NCBI RefSeq assembly: GCF_004010195.1
Contig: NC_057751.1
Coordinates: 950,665-971,701 of the forward strand
Length of the DNA stretch: 21,037 nucleotides
DNA from: Chiloscyllium plagiosum
Lineage: Eukaryota
Direction: 5' to 3'
Positions 19,472 through 21,037 of this stretch are shown piece by piece; positions within the stretch are counted from its first letter, which is position 1; each line of letters begins with the position of its first letter. The translations under genes and the position numbers were made by a program. The notes under the pieces were generated by a model. It was not told the DNA's origin, searched no databases, and saw only the letters and a list, made by a program, of their open reading frames with translations.

Positions 19472-20350
19472 TTGATGTGGGAGCTTAGGAACATGTCCTA
19501 CGTTCCTGTCTCTTACATTTGCAATAAGTGTGTCCAGCTGCAGCTCTTGTTTGACCACATGACGGCTCTGGAGCTGTGGATGGACTCACTGTGGAGCATC
19601 CGCGATGCTGAGGAGGTCGTGGATAGCACGTTTAGTGAACTGGTCACACCGCAGGTTAGAATTGCTGAGGGAGACAGTGAGTGGGTGACCAAAAGACAGA
19701 AAACGAATACGAAGGCAGTGCAGGTGTCCCCTGCGGTCATCTCCCTCCAAAACAGGTATACCGTATTGGATACTGTTGGGAGAGATGGCTCACCAGGGGA
19801 GGGCAGCAGTGGTCAAGATCATGGCACCGTGGCGGGCACTGCTGTTCAGAAGGGCAGGAAAAAGACTCGTAGGGCCATAGTCAAAGGGGATTCTGTTGTG
19901 AAGGGAGTAGACAGATGGTTCTGTGGCCGAAAATGGGACTCCCGGATGGTATGCTGTCTCCAAGGTGCTCAGGTCAGGGATGTCACCAATTGGTTGCAGA
20001 GCATTCTAAAAGGGGAGGGTGAACAGCCAGTTGTCTTAGTGCATACAGGCACCAACGATATAAGTAGGAAACGAGATGAGGTCCTGAAAGAAGAATTCAG
20101 GGAGCGAGGAGAGAAGTTAAAGAGGAGGACCTCAAAGGTAGTGATCCAGCGTAGAAATGAAAAAAATAGGCAGGATGAACACGTGGCTTGAGAGATGGTG
20201 TAGGAGGGAGGAGATCAGATTTGTTGGACATTGGGACCGGTTCTGGGGAAGGTAGGACTATTACAAAAGGGACGGTCTACATCTGAACCAGACGGAAACC
20301 AATGTCCTTGGGGAGTTTTTGCTACTGCTGTTAGGGACGTTTTAAACTAA
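19472..20350 (+). pseudogene. CR1 ORF1p (Cys motif + coiled coil + SGNH/GDSL esterase domain), frameshifted near the C-terminus
   Basis: 239-aa open stretch 19472-20191 with ICNKCVQLQLL, AIVKGDSVV (block I), VCCLQGAQVRDV (block II), VHTGTND (block III); YYKRDGLHLN (block V) at ~20258-20290 in a shifted frame. Confidence 0.85.
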
Positions 20351-20536
20351 TGTGGCAGGGGGCTGGGAACCAGAAGGGAAAACAAGTAGGCAGCGAGATG
20401 GAAACTGGAGACCGTAAGGTTCATGAAGATAGCATTAATAAGGGGAAGAGTAGGCAGAGAGCAGGTTAGAGCAAAAGAACTGGTGGCCTGAAATGCAATA
20501 CTTTAATGCAAGGAGTATAGTGTGTAAGGCAGATGA

Positions 20537-20634
20537 GCTGAAAATGTGTTGCTGGAAAAGCGCAGCAGGTCAGGCAGCATCCAAGCAACACATTTTCAGC
20601 TCTGATCTCCAGCATCTGCAGCCCTCACTTTCTC
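20537..20634. mobile_element. 98-bp Penelope-terminus fold-back insertion with 14-bp TSD
   Basis: TGTAAGGCAGATGA at 20523-20536 and 20635-20648; 19-bp perfect inverted repeat GAGCTGAAAATGTGTTGCT (20535-20553) / AGCAACACATTTTCAGCTC (20584-20602); ends CTCCAGCATCTGCAGCCCTCACTTTCTC. Confidence 0.85.
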
Positions 20635-21037
20635 TGTAAGGCAGATGAACCTAGGGCTTGGATTGGTGCCTGGGAGTATGACGTTATTGCCATCACAGAG
20701 ACTTGGTTGAAGGAAGGGCATGATGATTGGCAACTAAATGTTCCAGGATATAGAGGCTTCAGACAGGACAGGGAGGGAGTAAAAGTGGGGGTGGAGTTGC
20801 ATTGTTGGTCAGGGACGATATCACGGCTGTGCTAAAGGAGGACACTATGGTGGTCTTGGGTAGTGAGGCATTATGGGTGGAGCTGAGAAATAAGAAAGGT
20901 GCAGTTACATTGTTGGGGCTGTATTACAGACCTCCCAACAGTGAGCGTGAGGTAGAAGAACAAATAGGTAAACAGATTATGAATAGATGTAGAGGCAATG
21001 GGGTAGTGGTGATGGGAGATTTTAATTTTCCCAACAT

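Larger units (their letters stand above)
19467..21037 (+). mobile_element. CR1 LINE 5' portion: ORF1 plus start of ORF2 (APE), runs off the window
   Basis: ORF1 as below; ORF2 from ~20490 FNARSIVCKADE..YDVIAITETWL..PGY..GVALLV..LWVEL..GLYYRPPNS..VVMGDFNFPN, with frameshifts. Confidence 0.93.

Noticed and set aside
1..21037. CRISPR arrays, prokaryotic operons, retron or defence systems near the RT fragments
   Set aside because: No regularly spaced repeats or operon structure; every RT fragment is a eukaryotic CR1-clade or Penelope-like type.

Overview
Repeat-dense eukaryotic (vertebrate) genomic DNA. The SINE/LINE repertoire (HE1-type V-SINEs, a Deu-domain SINE, CR1 LINEs, Penelope-like elements) points to a cartilaginous fish, probably a shark (inference). 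I find no intact protein-coding gene; the ORFs I can interpret are decayed transposon fragments. The window is a stack of nested elements: a Penelope-like RT remnant (1-312); an older CR1-clade LINE (~400-1391 plus 4217-4350) interrupted by a younger CR1 (1404-4220) that holds a templated 153-bp internal duplication; a TIR-bounded Harbinger-like element carrying a Myb/SANT fragment (4478-4929); a degraded Penelope (5885-7160) split by an HE1 SINE; a Harbinger-like fossil (~8900-11350) whose putative Myb intron holds a solo LTR with a 4-bp TSD (9628-10275); further CR1s hit by three short Penelope-terminus insertions (one with a hammerhead-ribozyme core); a 566-N assembly gap; a degenerate telomere-like hexamer array (~18660-18850); and a CR1 5' portion with an esterase-type ORF1 and the start of ORF2 (19467-end). 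I see no support for a wholly new system. The most interesting items are mechanistic transposon features. Family names come from recalled motifs, not database searches.
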